Shown: positions 39,452-53,683 of the stretch, in pieces
Layout of the letters: each line of letters starts with the position of its first letter
How positions within the stretch are numbered: position 1 is the first letter of the stretch
Source of the DNA: Octopus bimaculoides
Lineage: Eukaryota
Direction of reading: 5' to 3'
Assembly: GCF_001194135.2 (NCBI RefSeq)
Contig: NC_068985.1
Coordinates: 21,058,325 to 21,122,324 of the forward strand
Length of the DNA: 64,000 bases
The notes under the pieces: generated by a model
The model's input: only the letters and a program-made list of their open reading frames with translations
What the model was told of the DNA's origin: nothing
Databases searched by the model: none
Program-made: the position numbers and the translations under genes

Positions 39452-40952
39452 CTCTCACTCTTACTTCCTATCATCACAACCATTGTAGTCATCATCATTT
39501 CAATGTTTTCTCATGCTGGCATGGCACTGGTTGGTCTGCAGAACAGCAAAGTGTCACTCATTTTCTATCCTACATAAATTTTTCAGTGAGCTCCCATGTA
39601 TTACTATTGAACGTTGTATCATCAGATACATGTGTAACATGCGTGTGTATACACACACACACTCACATATATATATATGCACAAATATATATACTTCCCT
39701 ACCACATAGTTTGGGACTAGTATCCGTTATAGCCTAGTATCCGTTAATTTTTGTTGCATGAGACCAAAACTATGAAATTCTTCATGCTTTCTTCTATCAT
39801 TGAAGCTAAGATAAATATATTTTGCTTTTAAAATAAGAAAGTTATTTAGATCTAAACTTGATCGGGGCTGTTACTTACTCTCCTATAATATTGCTACAAA
39901 TTATGATGTAAACTTTTTTCTACTGGACCAAATCTCAAATTTTCTATGCCAAAATGTAGCTAGGGACCAGTCCTCTTCAAAAATGTTAACAGTTTTCAAT
40001 TTGGTTAAGAACTGAATTAGCGACAAGCTCAGAAAGATGTTTCATGTGAGTAAAGTGCGGCCTTAAGAATATTACTCAACTATTACCGTAGTTGAATGAT
40101 TTTTATTCAATTGTCTTTAAATAAACACATATTTAAAAACACCTGTCTCTCATAAGTGGAGATTCACATATCTGTCATAATGTTGAATCATGTCCATGCT
40201 ATTCATGCCAGAAATTTGGCTGATAAAATGGAGGAGCACTGGAAAGAATATACTGATAAAAAAAAAACAGCCTTACCACTTATAGATCTCTGTACAATAA
40301 TCTTGAAGAAGCATCTTGAATATTTCTTACTGTCATGCAGTAAAAAAAACACTCTAAGCCATTTTCAATAATAACTCAGTTTCATGTGGAAGAGTATGAA
40401 AAGAAAGATCTCCTTTATATCAAAACAACACAAAAAAGAACAAAGACAACCTGAAGCATCCAAGCAACTTGAATCAATTTTGATATATTCATGAAATATG
40501 TTCCTATTTCTATTGTCAGTTTTGGTTGTGTAAAAATCTCTATATATGTCACTTAAATCTTCTTGAATAAGCATGCATAATACCAATTTCATTGGTTCAT
40601 TAGCATCAAGGTTTACATTTATTGAAAAATGTATTTGTCTCTAGGTGGATGAAATTATTTCCTATTGAGGATAAATTTAATTGCAAATTTAACTCCTGGA
40701 CAAATGATTAAAGATTTTTAATCGATAAAATTTACATTATTTCCAACTTTATATAAGATAAAAAACATTAGATATTCTAGTAAGAAATATTTAGAACAGT
40801 ACATTTTAAAACAATGTTGTTCTTTATTATCATTCATAATCAAATTTATGTTTGTATACTTATTTTTCCCAGAGCATCATTGGCTTTTAATCATATTTTT
40901 CTTTTAAGTGTTTTTTTTGTAAATGGTGTTTACTTTTTTTTTACTGTTTTAG

Positions 40953-41038
40953 CTGAAAAGCTCGAAGAAGAAAAATGATGATGTATATGTTGTTCTATAT
41001 AATTTTAAAGCCAAAGAAAAAGATGACTTGGATCTCAG
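40953..41038 (+). CDS. STAC: STAC-like adaptor, start of SH3-1 (LKSSKKKNDDVYVVLYNFKAKEKDDLDL)
   Basis: Long pyrimidine tract plus AG, GTAATT donor. YVVLYNFKA..DDLDL is a canonical SH3 N-terminal (ALYDY-type) motif. Phase 0 to 2. Confidence 0.93.
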
Positions 41039-42109
41039 GTAATTATAAAATAATTTTTCTCAAACACAAAATCTGGGCAAATTCATAATTACTTCAAACC
41101 CTTTTAATACTAATCCACCTGAAACTGCCCCTGGTTCTACACCACAAACTCCCAGTTTTGAAGGGATCTAAATTATAGCCTTTCAGTAAAATTTCATATT
41201 AATTTGTTTCTTTTTCAAATTAATTGAAGAAAAGATAATGTATTTCAACAGAAATACAGTAACAAAGGGTTAAGGAAATGTTTTCTTTCCTTTCACTGAT
41301 TTATACAGTCATATATATGTATTTACATACAGAAATATGCACACATACAATTCCACTCATACACACAGTCACTCTCTTTCTCCCATATATACACACAAGC
41401 ATAAATGTACATGATATCTACTGCTTTCTGTTAAGTCTAGTTTTCTTTTATATAAATTTTTTCAATTCCACTTTCTATTGACCAGTTAGAAACTATTCTG
41501 AAGTGCTCCGATACAAATCTTTAGAAAGTGGCAGTAGTTATCAATTAGGAATAATAATTTCTCTTTATTCAACAGTCAAACCTCAATACCCTTCAGCTAT
41601 GTCATGGAATATAAGACAAATCAAGAATAGTACATTATTTTTAAAGAAAATTGGATGAAAAATCAAATAGTTTTCTTTAAAAAGGAAGCTAAATTAATTC
41701 AAGTAGAAACATAAGCTAACACTATTCAATTCCTTAGAATGAAATCAATATTTTCCAAACATTATTCCATTGAGTGTTGAATATATTGTGTCTGTCCTCA
41801 CACCTGACTACAACAGCTGTCACAATCCATCTGCCCCCACCCATTTCAGTTCTGCCATTCACCACTTGACACTGTGTAAAACAGAACCAGCCCCCATCAC
41901 CATCTGAACAATATTTAGTTGATCAGCTAAGATCAGTACTCATGCTGTACTCACCACTATACCCAATCAGCAACTTAGAAGTAGCAGTAGAAATTGGGTG
42001 TGATATGAATTATGAACACCTACTACAAAAAGGTATGGCTTCCATTCTACAAAGGTGCTAACACTCCACCAGCACCTATAAAACATTGAGCTCTAAATGG
42101 TCTTCATAA

Positions 42110-42529
42110 GTCAACTGAGGATCTTCATGAAAACTAGACATCCACCAGGGTTAGATAAGATCATCCATAAACTCCAGAGTGGCATGAAAGCATGTATCAC
42201 CTACCTTGAGGACATGGTACTTGCATTCTCAGACAGAGATGGAACCAAGTAGTGATGCATCGTGGTGTCTGGAGCTTGTCTTTTGTTTGGAATATCACTA
42301 ACAGAAATGATATTCTAACCAAAGCTAAGTTTTCTGTTCATGGCTTAATTACAAAGATAGCAAAGAAGCATTGAATGTTGTGCAAAAATTCTGCTATCTG
42401 AGGAGCTTTCTCTCTGTCCACGTGAATGATGAATCACAACACAGTCAGGGAAAAATAAGCATTGCCTTCAGAAGACTGCATCACAGACTTGAACCAGACC
42501 ATGGAATTAGCATTTTTAGCCAGGTCTAC
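42110..42529 (+). mobile_element. Heavily decayed RTE LINE fragment
   Basis: LNVVQKFCYL.S...GKISIAFRRLHHR...HGISI motif. The 5' limit is approximate. Confidence 0.65.
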
Positions 42530-43725
42530 TGGATGAATATGGATCAGGATATTGGAAAATTGGTGAAAGCCTGCAGGGGTTGATTACACATAGACTTCGC
42601 AGGACTGTTAAATAGAGAGTATTATCTAATAATTGTGAATAGTTACACAAAATGGCCAGAAATATGTAAATGTAGGAAGCCAGCCTCCAAAGTAACAATG
42701 AAATTTCTGGACAAACGTTTTGTGCGATATGGCATCCCAGACACTATAGTGTCTGATAACAGAACACAGTTTGTGTCGAAGGAATTTAAAAACTTTTGCA
42801 AAAAGCATGCAATGGAGCATATTACTACTCCACCATACCATCCGAGATTGAATGGACTAGCAGAACGTTTTGTAGACATGTTTAAGAGGGCACTAAAAAT
42901 ATCTAGAAGCTACTAGCTGATATGCATTGACGCAATTCTTAAGTGTCTACCAAATAACACCTAACCCCAACACCACTTCAGGTATATCACTATCTGAACT
43001 AATGTTCACCAGAAAAGTCAGGTCAGTGTTTGACAAATTACTACCGGGAAGAAAAGCAAAAAATGGAGAGAAACACCGAGAATAAGATAAAATACTCAAA
43101 ATCGGTGACAAGGTGTTTTTTAAAATATAAAGAAATGGAAAGGAAAGTTGGGAAGAAGGTATAATAAGTAAATGTTAAGGAAAAATTATGTATATGGTAA
43201 AAGGTCATATATGGGAACACAAAAGACATTTAAACCAACTGAAAAAAGGGTTTACAGAAGAAAGAGTAAGACATGAAGAACCAATGGAACTTCTTTAATA
43301 TATTTTTGACATCCCAGTACCTCAAGGAATAGTCGAACCAATTAGTACATCAACTAGGAAAAGAAAACAAACAGAACTTTTGAAAGTAGAGCCAAAACGA
43401 ATAAAATATTCCAATTTCTTCCCAGGGAATTAAGTAGAAAAAAGGTGGGAGAGGTGGTAATAAATATATAATAAATAAAAGAAAAATATTAACTTTCAAG
43501 GAAAGTCAAGCTCAAAAAGGGGAGATGTTGTGGTGAAATCCTGACACCCCTGTGGGATAGCAAGTGAACTGTCCTAAACCTTATAAAAGCGCATGCATAC
43601 TGACAGTGCAACATACAGTGTGGTGTGTGCAGTCGCATTTGTGATGGCAGTCACAGAAGTCGTTGAGAAGAGATATAAGCTTGTTACGTGTTTGATACTG
43701 ATTTAGTATTTGTAGTATTATAACA
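42524..43725 (+). mobile_element. Ty3/gypsy LTR retrotransposon 3' part: integrase, PPT and 3' LTR
   Basis: VYWMNMDQDI, LHIDFAG, GIPDTIVSDNRTQF and PPYHPRLNGLAERFV (D,D,E present), then PPT aaaaaggggaga directly before the LTR. Confidence 0.92.
43526..43725 (+). repeat. 3' LTR (200 bp)
   Basis: TGTTG...TAACA termini directly after the polypurine tract, with an internal tataaaa. Confidence 0.75.
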
Positions 43726-45601
43726 CTGTTACAGTGTAGCCTATATCTGAACTCAAGGATATAAAAAATTCAAATCCTACCAAGGTCAATTTTGCCTATC
43801 ATTTTTCAAGGTTGATGAACTAATGTACCAGTCAAGTACTGAGATTGATGTAATCAAGTAATCCCTCCCCTTAAAACTGCTGACCTTGTGACTAAATTGT
43901 ACACACACACACATACACACACACACACATTGTCAAGCACTATATTTCTTGTTATAGCATACAATTCGACAATATAAAACTATAACTACTCTATTTTTCT
44001 TTTAGAATGTACTTTTATCCTAATTTATGGACAACTAACTGATAATATATACATATATAGACCTTTGTATTGACAAACTACAGGCAAAGTTTTTGGTACA
44101 TATATTAGAGTTTATTCATTCATTCAAAACTGAGACCTCCCTCCATCACTACTGCTTTTGACGTAACCATAACTTGTATGTATTGTGATCATGATTTATG
44201 TACAAAGACTACCATAGTGATCCATAAACCTTAGGTTATGTTCTTCATAGTGTATCGTTAATATTCTTCTTATGCATGTTGTTTTGGAATAAAAAATATA
44301 AGAATATGTAAGGAGTTTGTTCATCAGTCTATACTTTTCATTAACTTAAAGCTTGGGTGAGAAATCTCTAGAAGGATGTTGATAGAGATGGTGTTAAAGT
44401 GAAATATAGGAGTGGATTATTTACAGATCCTTATACAACCCTATGCTACAGGTTATTCATCCAAGAAAGCAATAACTTCAACCAAGAATTCATATAGAGT
44501 AGAGGATTTGTTATCCAGCTGCAGAAAACTTCTCTAGAGTTAATGGCATGATAAGATCTACCCACTTCATGTTGGAAGACATGTACAATAATAAATTGGC
44601 TTTTTTTCAGCTAATGTGTTTGCCAGATAATGTAAATTGTGATGATTGATGAGTTCCATCCAGAATTGTAGAGAAACAAATGGATGTGATTGTTCATGAT
44701 ATATGTATACAGTTGAATATCTAAATATACAAGAAACAATATAATCTATTGAGATCATCATCATCATTTAACGTCCACTTTCCATGCTGTCATGGGTTAG
44801 ATGGTTTGACAGGAACTGGTAAGCCAGGGAGCTGCTCCAGGTTCCAGTTTGATTTGGCATGGTTTCTACAGCTGGATGTCCTTCTTAACGCCAACCACTC
44901 CATGAGCGTAATGGGCGCACAGGTGCCATTTACATGACACTGGCAATGACCACAATGATGATTTCACAGGTATAGTTTCTATAATACTGGCAACAGCCAC
45001 CATTATGATTTCACTTGGTTTGACAAGCCTTCTCAAGCACAGCATATTGCCGAAGGTATCAGTCACTTGTTTTGGGCTTCTGTGAGGCCCAAAATTCAAA
45101 GATCATGCTTCATCACCTCATTCTTCACCTCTGCGAGGCCCAACATTTGAAGATCATTTGGATGTTTAAATGTCCACACTTTAATTTGCTTTATCTCAAG
45201 ATAAATGAGCATAAATATGACAATTTGCATATCATGAAGATATGGTATTATATATGCTACTAAATGAAAATCACAATTTTAAGGTGAGGTTTTCCTCCAG
45301 TATCTTTCCTTTCACTTATGTTTGTATATTATTTACTGAAGCAACTTCCAGACATTCCAAGTTTCAGAACTACCACCATCTATCTCCAACTGTTTAGATC
45401 CTTGGCCTTTTGTCTTGAAATGGAAGGGGGGCCAAAATATTGATTAGTCCCTCTATTCTACAGTGATGTTCTTCCAGATACTCTGTTCATCTATACCCAG
45501 CAAGATGCTCTTACACTGCTCTTGTGATCTTATGGTATAGCATACAAACCACCTTTCTTATCCAATGACCATATGACACACAGATTAGTTTCTTTCACAC
45601 A

Positions 45602-45660
<59 letters not shown>

Positions 45661-45699
45661 GTGAAATTTAAATTATTCTTTTATTTTCAACATTTTTAG

Positions 45700-45751
45700 G
45701 GCTGGATGGCGTATTTCAGTTCTTGAAAGTTCCAAGAAAGATTGGTGGAAA
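45700..45751 (+). CDS. STAC: STAC-like adaptor, SH3-1 middle (R-AGWRISVLESSKKDWWK)
   Basis: tttttAG acceptor and GTAAGT donor. 52 nt, phase 2 to 0, contains the SH3 WW motif. Confidence 0.93.
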
Positions 45752-46209
45752 GTAAGTAATGAATTAAAAGGAATATAAATATCATTTTTTAAAGACTTTA
45801 CATCCTGTTGCGTGTTGGTGTGTGTTTGATTTGGTATGTTGACAATTTCAAAAGAAAAAGACACAATGCGAGAGAGATAATTCCAGAGAGAAACAATTGA
45901 ATGTATCAATATTCATTTAACTGAAAAGGACAAAGACCTTGATTTAAGAAGTTAGATAATTCAAGGAAATGTATAGCATTATAGTAAGCTTTACAGCAGA
46001 TTATTCTTCTTTTTATCTGTTTTTATCAAAAGTTGCCAAAAGTGTTGTCATGGGTACAATAGATATGCTACTGCTCAGATGCTTACCAAAATGCTTTCGG
46101 AAATGTATTTTTTCAACGGAACTGAAAGTAAAATTTGGATGTATCAAAATTATAATTACAAAATTATAATTATAATTACATATTGTTCTTATGATTCTGC
46201 CATTTTCAG

Positions 46210-46347
46210 GGTAAATGTAATGGTAAAGTCGGACATTTTCCTGCTGCCTATGTAGAGCGTCTTCAACCAGGTCAGCGAATTTTCCAAGTTACCAGCCCAG
46301 TTCATATTACTGAAGGGGCTGTTGATGTACGTTTCCACAAAGATCAG
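46210..46347 (+). CDS. STAC: STAC-like adaptor, end of SH3-1 and start of SH3-2 (GKCNGKVGHFPAAYVERL...RFHKDQ)
   Basis: ttttcAG acceptor and GTAAAG donor. The G.FP..YV SH3 motif followed by a degenerate second SH3 matches STAC architecture. Phase 0 to 0. Confidence 0.93.
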
Positions 46348-47504
46348 GTAAAGCCAGTTTTCTTAATTTTGTTCAAAATACATGGCAGAATCATTAGCAC
46401 ATCGGACAAAAGACTGAGCAGCATTTCATCTAGCACTTTACTTTCTGAGTTCAAATACAATCAAAGTTAATTTTGCCTTTCATTCTTTCAGGATTGATAA
46501 AATAAAGTACCATCAAGTACTGGGTTGATGTAATCAATTATCCACCTCCCCTAAAATTGCTGGCTTTGTGCCAAAATTTGAAACAATTATTATTATTATT
46601 AATGGTGGTGGGCTGGTAGAATTAAGGTATCAAACAAAATACTTTTGCATTCAAATCCTCTTGAATTGATAAAGCAAAGTACCGATCAAGTCCTGGAGTT
46701 CATGGTATCAACTGTCCCTTACCCATACCTAATATAATTCAATGACCTACATTTAGTAGAATATTTACTCACTTCTACCATATGTAGTCGAGATTTTCCA
46801 AACTCTGCTTATAGTTTGTTAACATAAAACAAATAACCCTTTTATATTCAATTCAATTCAAAATATTTAATAAATTACTTATTATAGGTGCAGGTCAACC
46901 AATGCCTTATGAGTGAATTTGATAAACAGAAACACTCTGAAGCCCATTGTATGCGAGTGTGTGGATGCTTACATTCTGCACTCCACATAAAAAGACACTG
47001 AGCTACAAACAGTGAGGTTTTTCTGGCATTCCTTGCCAATAAACCTGAATATCTGACCGTAAGAAACAGTGCTTCAGTAATAAGTATTCATCTAATTCAT
47101 ACTGGTATGGAAAAATAGACATGAAAACGTAATAACAAAAAAAAATTATCAGTTATATTTTTGGCAGAGACTGAGCTGAAGTTTACTTGGTGTCAGAGAT
47201 GATCTGTATAAAAATACCAAAGAGACAAACAATGGGCAAATTTGAATGACCAGCAAGTTTGATATTCAGTATTTTGTTGTTTACCTCAAGATCAGTACTG
47301 AGCAGACAAACCTATTATCAAAAATATTCCACCCATGGCCATTCTGTCTATTTTAGTTTATCTAGGACTACATTGTCCAATATGTTTTTCCACTTTCAAA
47401 ATAAGAGATGACTCAAAGGTGATTCAAAGCAAACAGCCTTGTAAATTTTTCTCATTGACTCCTAATGTTTAATATGTTTAAGTATTACTCTTTTATTCTT
47501 TTAC

Positions 47505-47887
47505 TCTTTTACTTGTTTCAGTCATTTGACTGGAGCACCGCCCTTAGTCAAGCAAATCGACCCCAGGACTTATTCTTTGTAAGCCTAGTACTTATTCTAT
47601 CGGTCTCTTTTGCTGAACCACTAAGTTACGGGGACGTAAACACACCAGCACCAGTTGTCAAGTGATATTGGGACAAACACAGACACACAAACATACACAC
47701 ACATACATATATATACATATATATGATGGGTTTCTTTCAGTTTCCATCTACCAAATCCACTCACAAGGCTTTGGTCAGCCTGAGGCTATAATAGAAAACA
47801 CTTGCCCAAGGTACCACACAGTGGGACTGAACCCAGAACCATGTGGTTGGTAAGCAAGCTACTTACCACACAGCCACTCCTATGCCT
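47505..47887 (-). mobile_element. Full-length SINE family A copy
   Basis: Reverse complement of the family A head-microsatellite-tail structure. Confidence 0.85.
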
Positions 47888-48422
47888 ATTAGTAAAGATT
47901 CAAATATTGGAGTTGATGAAGACTGGTTAAAAAAGATGAAATAGGTCAAATGTACTGGGAATGTCAATAGAAAAGTCAGATGCTATGGTAAAGAATAGTT
48001 GGTTCTTGCTGATAACAGGCAAAGGTTTCACCTTCTACATCAATGAGTAGAATGTGAAGGCTGAATGGAACTATAAAGACTAAATTCTCTGTATTGGATT
48101 AAGTTGTAGATTTTAAATATTTGATTGATGACTTCAGCACAAAAAGTCAGATCAGAGAATTAAAGAATGGTTAGAATAGATAGGTGGGTAGGTAATTTTG
48201 GTGTAATTGGATATATAGGCTTTCACTCGTTGTAACTTTGGTGAATTTAAATAGATGCAGAGATCGTGATCTTTTTTTAAATTGTGTAGACCATAGCTAA
48301 GCTTGTATTTTACATTTAACCTGATCATCAAACAACTTACAAGCAAGTTTACAAGACTGTAAATGTAGGATTCATTGCTTTATCAGCGAATTTTACACAA
48401 TTTCTTCTTTTTTTTTATATAG

Positions 48423-48524
48423 ATTGTTCTCCAAGTGGGTGAAGAACTAAATGGAAGTATATTAGTGAAGTCCATGAACAACCGACAAGCCAACTGTCCA
48501 CTGAAGTACCTTTTAGAAGTATGA
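48423..48524 (+). CDS. STAC: STAC-like adaptor, terminal coding exon (IVLQVGEELNGSILVKSMNNRQANCPLKYLLEV*)
   Basis: Poly-T tract plus atAG acceptor, TGA at 48522-48524. The CP.KYL.EV* ending matches invertebrate STAC C-termini as I recall them. Confidence 0.92.
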   Translation: MVLQVGEELNGSILVKSMNNRQANCPLKYLLEV

Positions 48525-50524
48525 GAAAGATACCAGATAGATTTTATGAGCATCTTTCTTAAACTAAGAGTACTCAATCAGCCATTACTTGATACTAAAA
48601 TAGATTGTTTTTATCAAGGTTTCAATTTGTAACCATTTTCTTACAGGTCTAATATTTTTCTTCCTCAATTGAAGAGTTTTATGTCAAAGTTTAATACAAA
48701 GAGAAGGATTTGCATAACAACTACAATTTTCTTCAATTTTGGCAGTTTATCAGAATGACCATATTAGAATAAATGTGGTGTACAGGAAATATAATTGAAA
48801 TTATATTTTTGTAAATATTGTTATAAATTATATTGCTTGTTAAATTACATTTGATGAGGCTACTTAAAACTGTACTCCTCATTATATATACATTGGCTAA
48901 AATTTACTTACCAAACTGAATAACAAATTGGCAAAATATTAGCTATTTTAACTTGGATTGATTGCAAGATAAATTTGGAATAAAAATGCAAAACAATCCT
49001 ATTATAAAATAATTTTCCATTTCAGAATATTAACAAACATATTCAGCTTTAATGAAAAGGGTGGGGGGATTGACAGAATCATTACAAAGTCTGACAAAAT
49101 GCCTTGTGGAATTTGCTCTAGCTCTTTATGGTCTGAGTTCAAATCATGCTGAAGTCAACTTTGCCTTTTATGCCTCCTTGGTTGATAAAGTAAAGTACCA
49201 ACTGAACACTTTACAAGGGTTGATTTAATCAACTAACTACTTCCCCAAATGTGTGGCCTTGGGCCTACATTAGAAGCAATTATTACATTTTCCAACCAAC
49301 TTGTTATTTTTGCTTTGTTGTTGGCACATTTTAATGCTTTGACTGAATTGAAGAAGTTAAATTTAAAATCTGAAAACTTTTATCAAATTAGCATAAAGCA
49401 GAAGTTTTGCTCTTGTTACTTCAATTTTAACTATTTTATGCATTTCAAAATTCCCTAATATCTGTTTATAAAAAAAATAATTACTTACTGCTATTAAGCA
49501 TTCCTGCTAATTTTAGATTCAAATTTATGATATATTTAAAAATAATGCTACAACTAAATTATAATCTTCATTGGAAATATTTTATATTCTTCCTCAGTAG
49601 AATTTGAATGTAGCATTAATAAATAAATATCACTAAATTATATAGAAAACTTTAAACAAAAGATAAATTCTTTTTTTAAAAGTTGCTATTTAAAAAATAA
49701 AAGAGTGGAAAATATCTATTTGTTGTATATCATTAAAATACATAGTTATCTACCAACAGAAAATGTGTTTAATTTGAATTTTTAAAAAAATATGGTCTTT
49801 TCTAAATGTTGGTTTAGAACTAAATGTAAAGAGGCAAGCATAATTTTACCATACTTTGAACCATTGTTAGATTTTTAAAAATCTGAGGATTTCCAAAATT
49901 AGATGAAAGTCCTTTCAGAATAATTAACACAATAAAAAAAAAACTTGTTTACTAATAATGAGTCTAAAGTATTTTCAAATACAACAAAAGAGAAAAACTA
50001 AGATTGGCATGACCACTATCTTGGCCATATTCTATTTTTATGTTACAAACTTGATTTTTTTTTTTTTTTTTGATTGGGTTGTTAAATTTTAAGTGTACAA
50101 AAGCAAAGCAAAATAGTTATTTGCTTGAAAGATGTAATAACTAAAGCCATTCTTTAAAATCAATTCTACATCCCTAAAATAACTTCATTTTTACAAAAAA
50201 ATATCCAATGCTAAACATTCGTTATACTGGGGCCATTCTTTATAAAATCATCAATAGTTAACCTCTACTTAATCATGTAAGTAATCATTATAAATTTAAT
50301 CACTGAATAATTTTTACAGTGTATATGTGTATGTGTGTGCATATATATATATGTATATATATACATTTAAAGAGAGAGAATCAGCCAGTAAAATACAGAG
50401 ATGCTCAATACAGAAAACACATAGTAGTGTTCAAATGATTTGAACTTACACTCCAAAGTCTTTATCAAGGACTAAGTAAGTCTGTGAGATAAAGAGTGAC
50501 TATAAGAGGTGAGCAGATATGGAG

Positions 50525-51231
50525 ATAGTGATATACATACATGCCATTGAGCTTGATATATAAAATATACATACATATATACATATAAATATATATACAG
50601 GGATATATATGCAGAGAGAAACAAAACCTGGAAATATTCAGATGTACACTCATGTATAAGCATATAGATATTTATATAGTTACAGAACAAATTTACATGG
50701 AGTGCAAAGAATACAGAAAACTAAGGGGAGAAGGCATGGTATTTCAAGTCATACAATTGTTTTCAGGTGCTCAGAATTACATAACAGTTGTAATATGCAG
50801 ATGAAGTATGTAAAAAGTTAAAGATATACAATCAGTAGTGGATGCATATAAACATTATCGTAAAACTGGCCTCCATCGTTGCTGATCTTTCCACCCTGAT
50901 GACAGAGACAGGTTTTACGGTAATGTTTATATGTATCCACAACTGGTTGCATATCTTTGACTTTTTGCACACTCCATCTACAAATTACGACTATTACATA
51001 ATTCTGAGCCCCCAGAAACAACTAAGTCTTGAAATATCTTACCTTCTCCCCTTCTCTGTGTAATTTTGCTCTCTAACTATGTAAATACCTATATGCTTAT
51101 ACATGAGTATTCATATTCTGAATATTTTCAGGTTTTGTTTCTCTCTGTATGTATATTCTTATATATATTTTTACATGTGTATGTATGTATATTTTTTATA
51201 TCAAACCCAAGCATGTTTATCTACATCTCTT

Positions 51232-51235
<4 letters not shown>
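50525..51235. repeat. Long imperfect palindrome (about 350-bp arms, 20-bp spacer 50878-50897)
   Basis: The arms are diverged reverse complements. The ORF track shows similar translations on opposite strands (50472-50690 minus and 51066-51371 plus). Confidence 0.88.
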
Positions 51236-51322
<87 letters not shown>

Positions 51323-53549
51323 ACACACCTCACATCATTTATTTTTTGAAGTAAACTCCACAGATTTCTGAGCATTCTGATAAATAGAACTGAGAATATT
51401 TCATTAATTTTGTTAATGATTACCTCAACAATATTTCCATTTTGGGATTTTTCCCTGTTTATTTGTATGTAGACTTTTGTTTTCATTGGTTATCAGTCCA
51501 GAATCATTAACATACTGACTGAATTTTAAAAAAAGAAACATTTCCAAACAAACAACTTTTGTTTTTAAACTATCAATCAAAACAATTTAGTAACTGAAAC
51601 AATTTCTTAAATGATTTGTTTCCCCAGAAAGAAAAAGAATTATAATTCTTTTGATTTTATAGAAATAGTTTTTCTCATTGATACAAATATGCTTCTTTTG
51701 TCCAAAGATTAATCATGTTCTTCAGACATATGTATATATACACTCACAGACAACAGACACAAATTTAAATTTGGTTTATTTTAATTAGGTTAGCTACTTA
51801 ACATATTTTTTACAATAATCCATGTAAATTTCAATTCTTAATCAAAACTTTTCTTTTTATTGACAATGATAACTACTCACAAGTTTTTATATGTTCTCGA
51901 TTTGTTAAATATTTTTAACTTATATATGTATTTTACTTGTCTTTTATTTTTATTTCCATGTTTTCTTTTTTTTTCCACAATGAAAAATCATTTTTATATA
52001 TCCAAGATTCTTATGCTTGGATTACTGATATTAATTTGTTTTGTAGAAATCTATTTAAATATTATTTCAAAACTAAATGCAGTATTTTCTGGCATATATA
52101 TAATAGCCACTATATCTCTAATTCACACTTAAGTAGAAAGTTGACTGGTATTTCATAACAGTTTGATTTTGCTGACAAACTGGTTTATATAATAATATTT
52201 GAAACCAAAGCAAGGAACTGTATATATACATATATATTGCTATATTTTGGATGTAAGTTTTAAAGCAATTCTTATTCATGCTATTTAACAAACAACTTAA
52301 ATCTAAATAACTTTCTCTTAATTTTCACTTTTATTCAAACCATAAGCATTTGTTCTATAACCTAATCATCTATTTAATAAATTTTTGTATATGATGAACA
52401 ACGAGCCAATTTTCAGCAGTTTTCAGCAAGTCAGAGTCTGTTGTTCCCTTTGAAGTAAGTTTCAAACTGCCCAATTTCTAACTAAGCTTGGACTGAAACA
52501 CAGTATAGAGTGAAACAATTCTTTTTTTTTTTTTAACTTGTATTTTAAACAATAAGTTTAATTCTTAGATATAAAACATTTTAAAATTGTTACTCATTTA
52601 ATTTTAATAATGGAGCCAAAGAAAAATCAGAAAAAATGATTTGTATAAATCTGAGAATTTCTAAGAGAACAGAAGAATGGTGCTAACATTTATAAGTTAG
52701 ACACATTTCTTTGCAACTTATCTTTGTTTCAAACAGAATTTTCTGGCTTTTTATTTACATCTTTTTGGCAGCTCTTTTCACATTCTCTTTAATTACAATG
52801 GTTTTGACAACTAAATTAAGGAGTTTTTTCTTATCTAATTTGGTGACATCAATGACGTTGCTATAGATTTTGTACTTCAGCCTTAACTTATATTTTGGCA
52901 AAGTGGTCTGTTATGAATGTGATCCTTTTCTATGTGACCTACAGAAAGCACTAACAATTTTTATTGGCTAAATGGAAGTTCCTTTTGGTGAAGCTTATTA
53001 CAACTGCTTTCTATTAAAATATTGTTTAGGATTTTCATCAAAAAACTATTTAACATTAAGCTTAAAACACAAATACCAGAAATTTATTTCATCTTTCAGT
53101 CAATATCTTAGAGAATTATTCTTTGACTCAGACTATGCTCCTGATTGTTAATCAGTTTTACTCTGCTAATTATAAATATTTGTTGATAATTTCCTTTTTT
53201 GTGGATACTATTTGAACAAATACATCAATAAATGTGTCTTTATTTTCCCCTGCAAAATAATATAATGATAAATATGTGCATATACATGCACACATCAAAA
53301 TGACAATAATTACATTATCAGATGTCCATAAGTCAGAAAAAAGCACACAATATCTGAAACCGAGCAGTATATTAATGATTAGGACATATAATTAGTCAGA
53401 GTGTTACTACCAGTTTCATGCTGACTGTTGCACAAGGCAGTAGTTGACATGAAATATTCTACAGTTCTATATTTAAGAGATGAGGAATTATTTACATTAT
53501 TTACATTATCTACATTTGACGGATATTCGTCCTCATCTTGTTTGTTGTT

Positions 53550-53595
53550 AACACAACGTTTCGGCTGATATACCCTCCAGCCTTCGTCAGGTGTC
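53550..53595 (-). ncRNA. Minimal type I hammerhead ribozyme
   Basis: GACAC-CUGACGA-A-GGCUG(10 nt)CAGCC-GAAA-CG-UU^GUGUU, with palindromic ACGU stem III. Confidence 0.8.
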
Positions 53596-53683
53596 TTGGG
53601 GAAATTTCGAACCTGGGTTCTCATTCCTATCGATGTTACTATTATTATTATTATTATATTATTATTATTATTATTATTAATCA

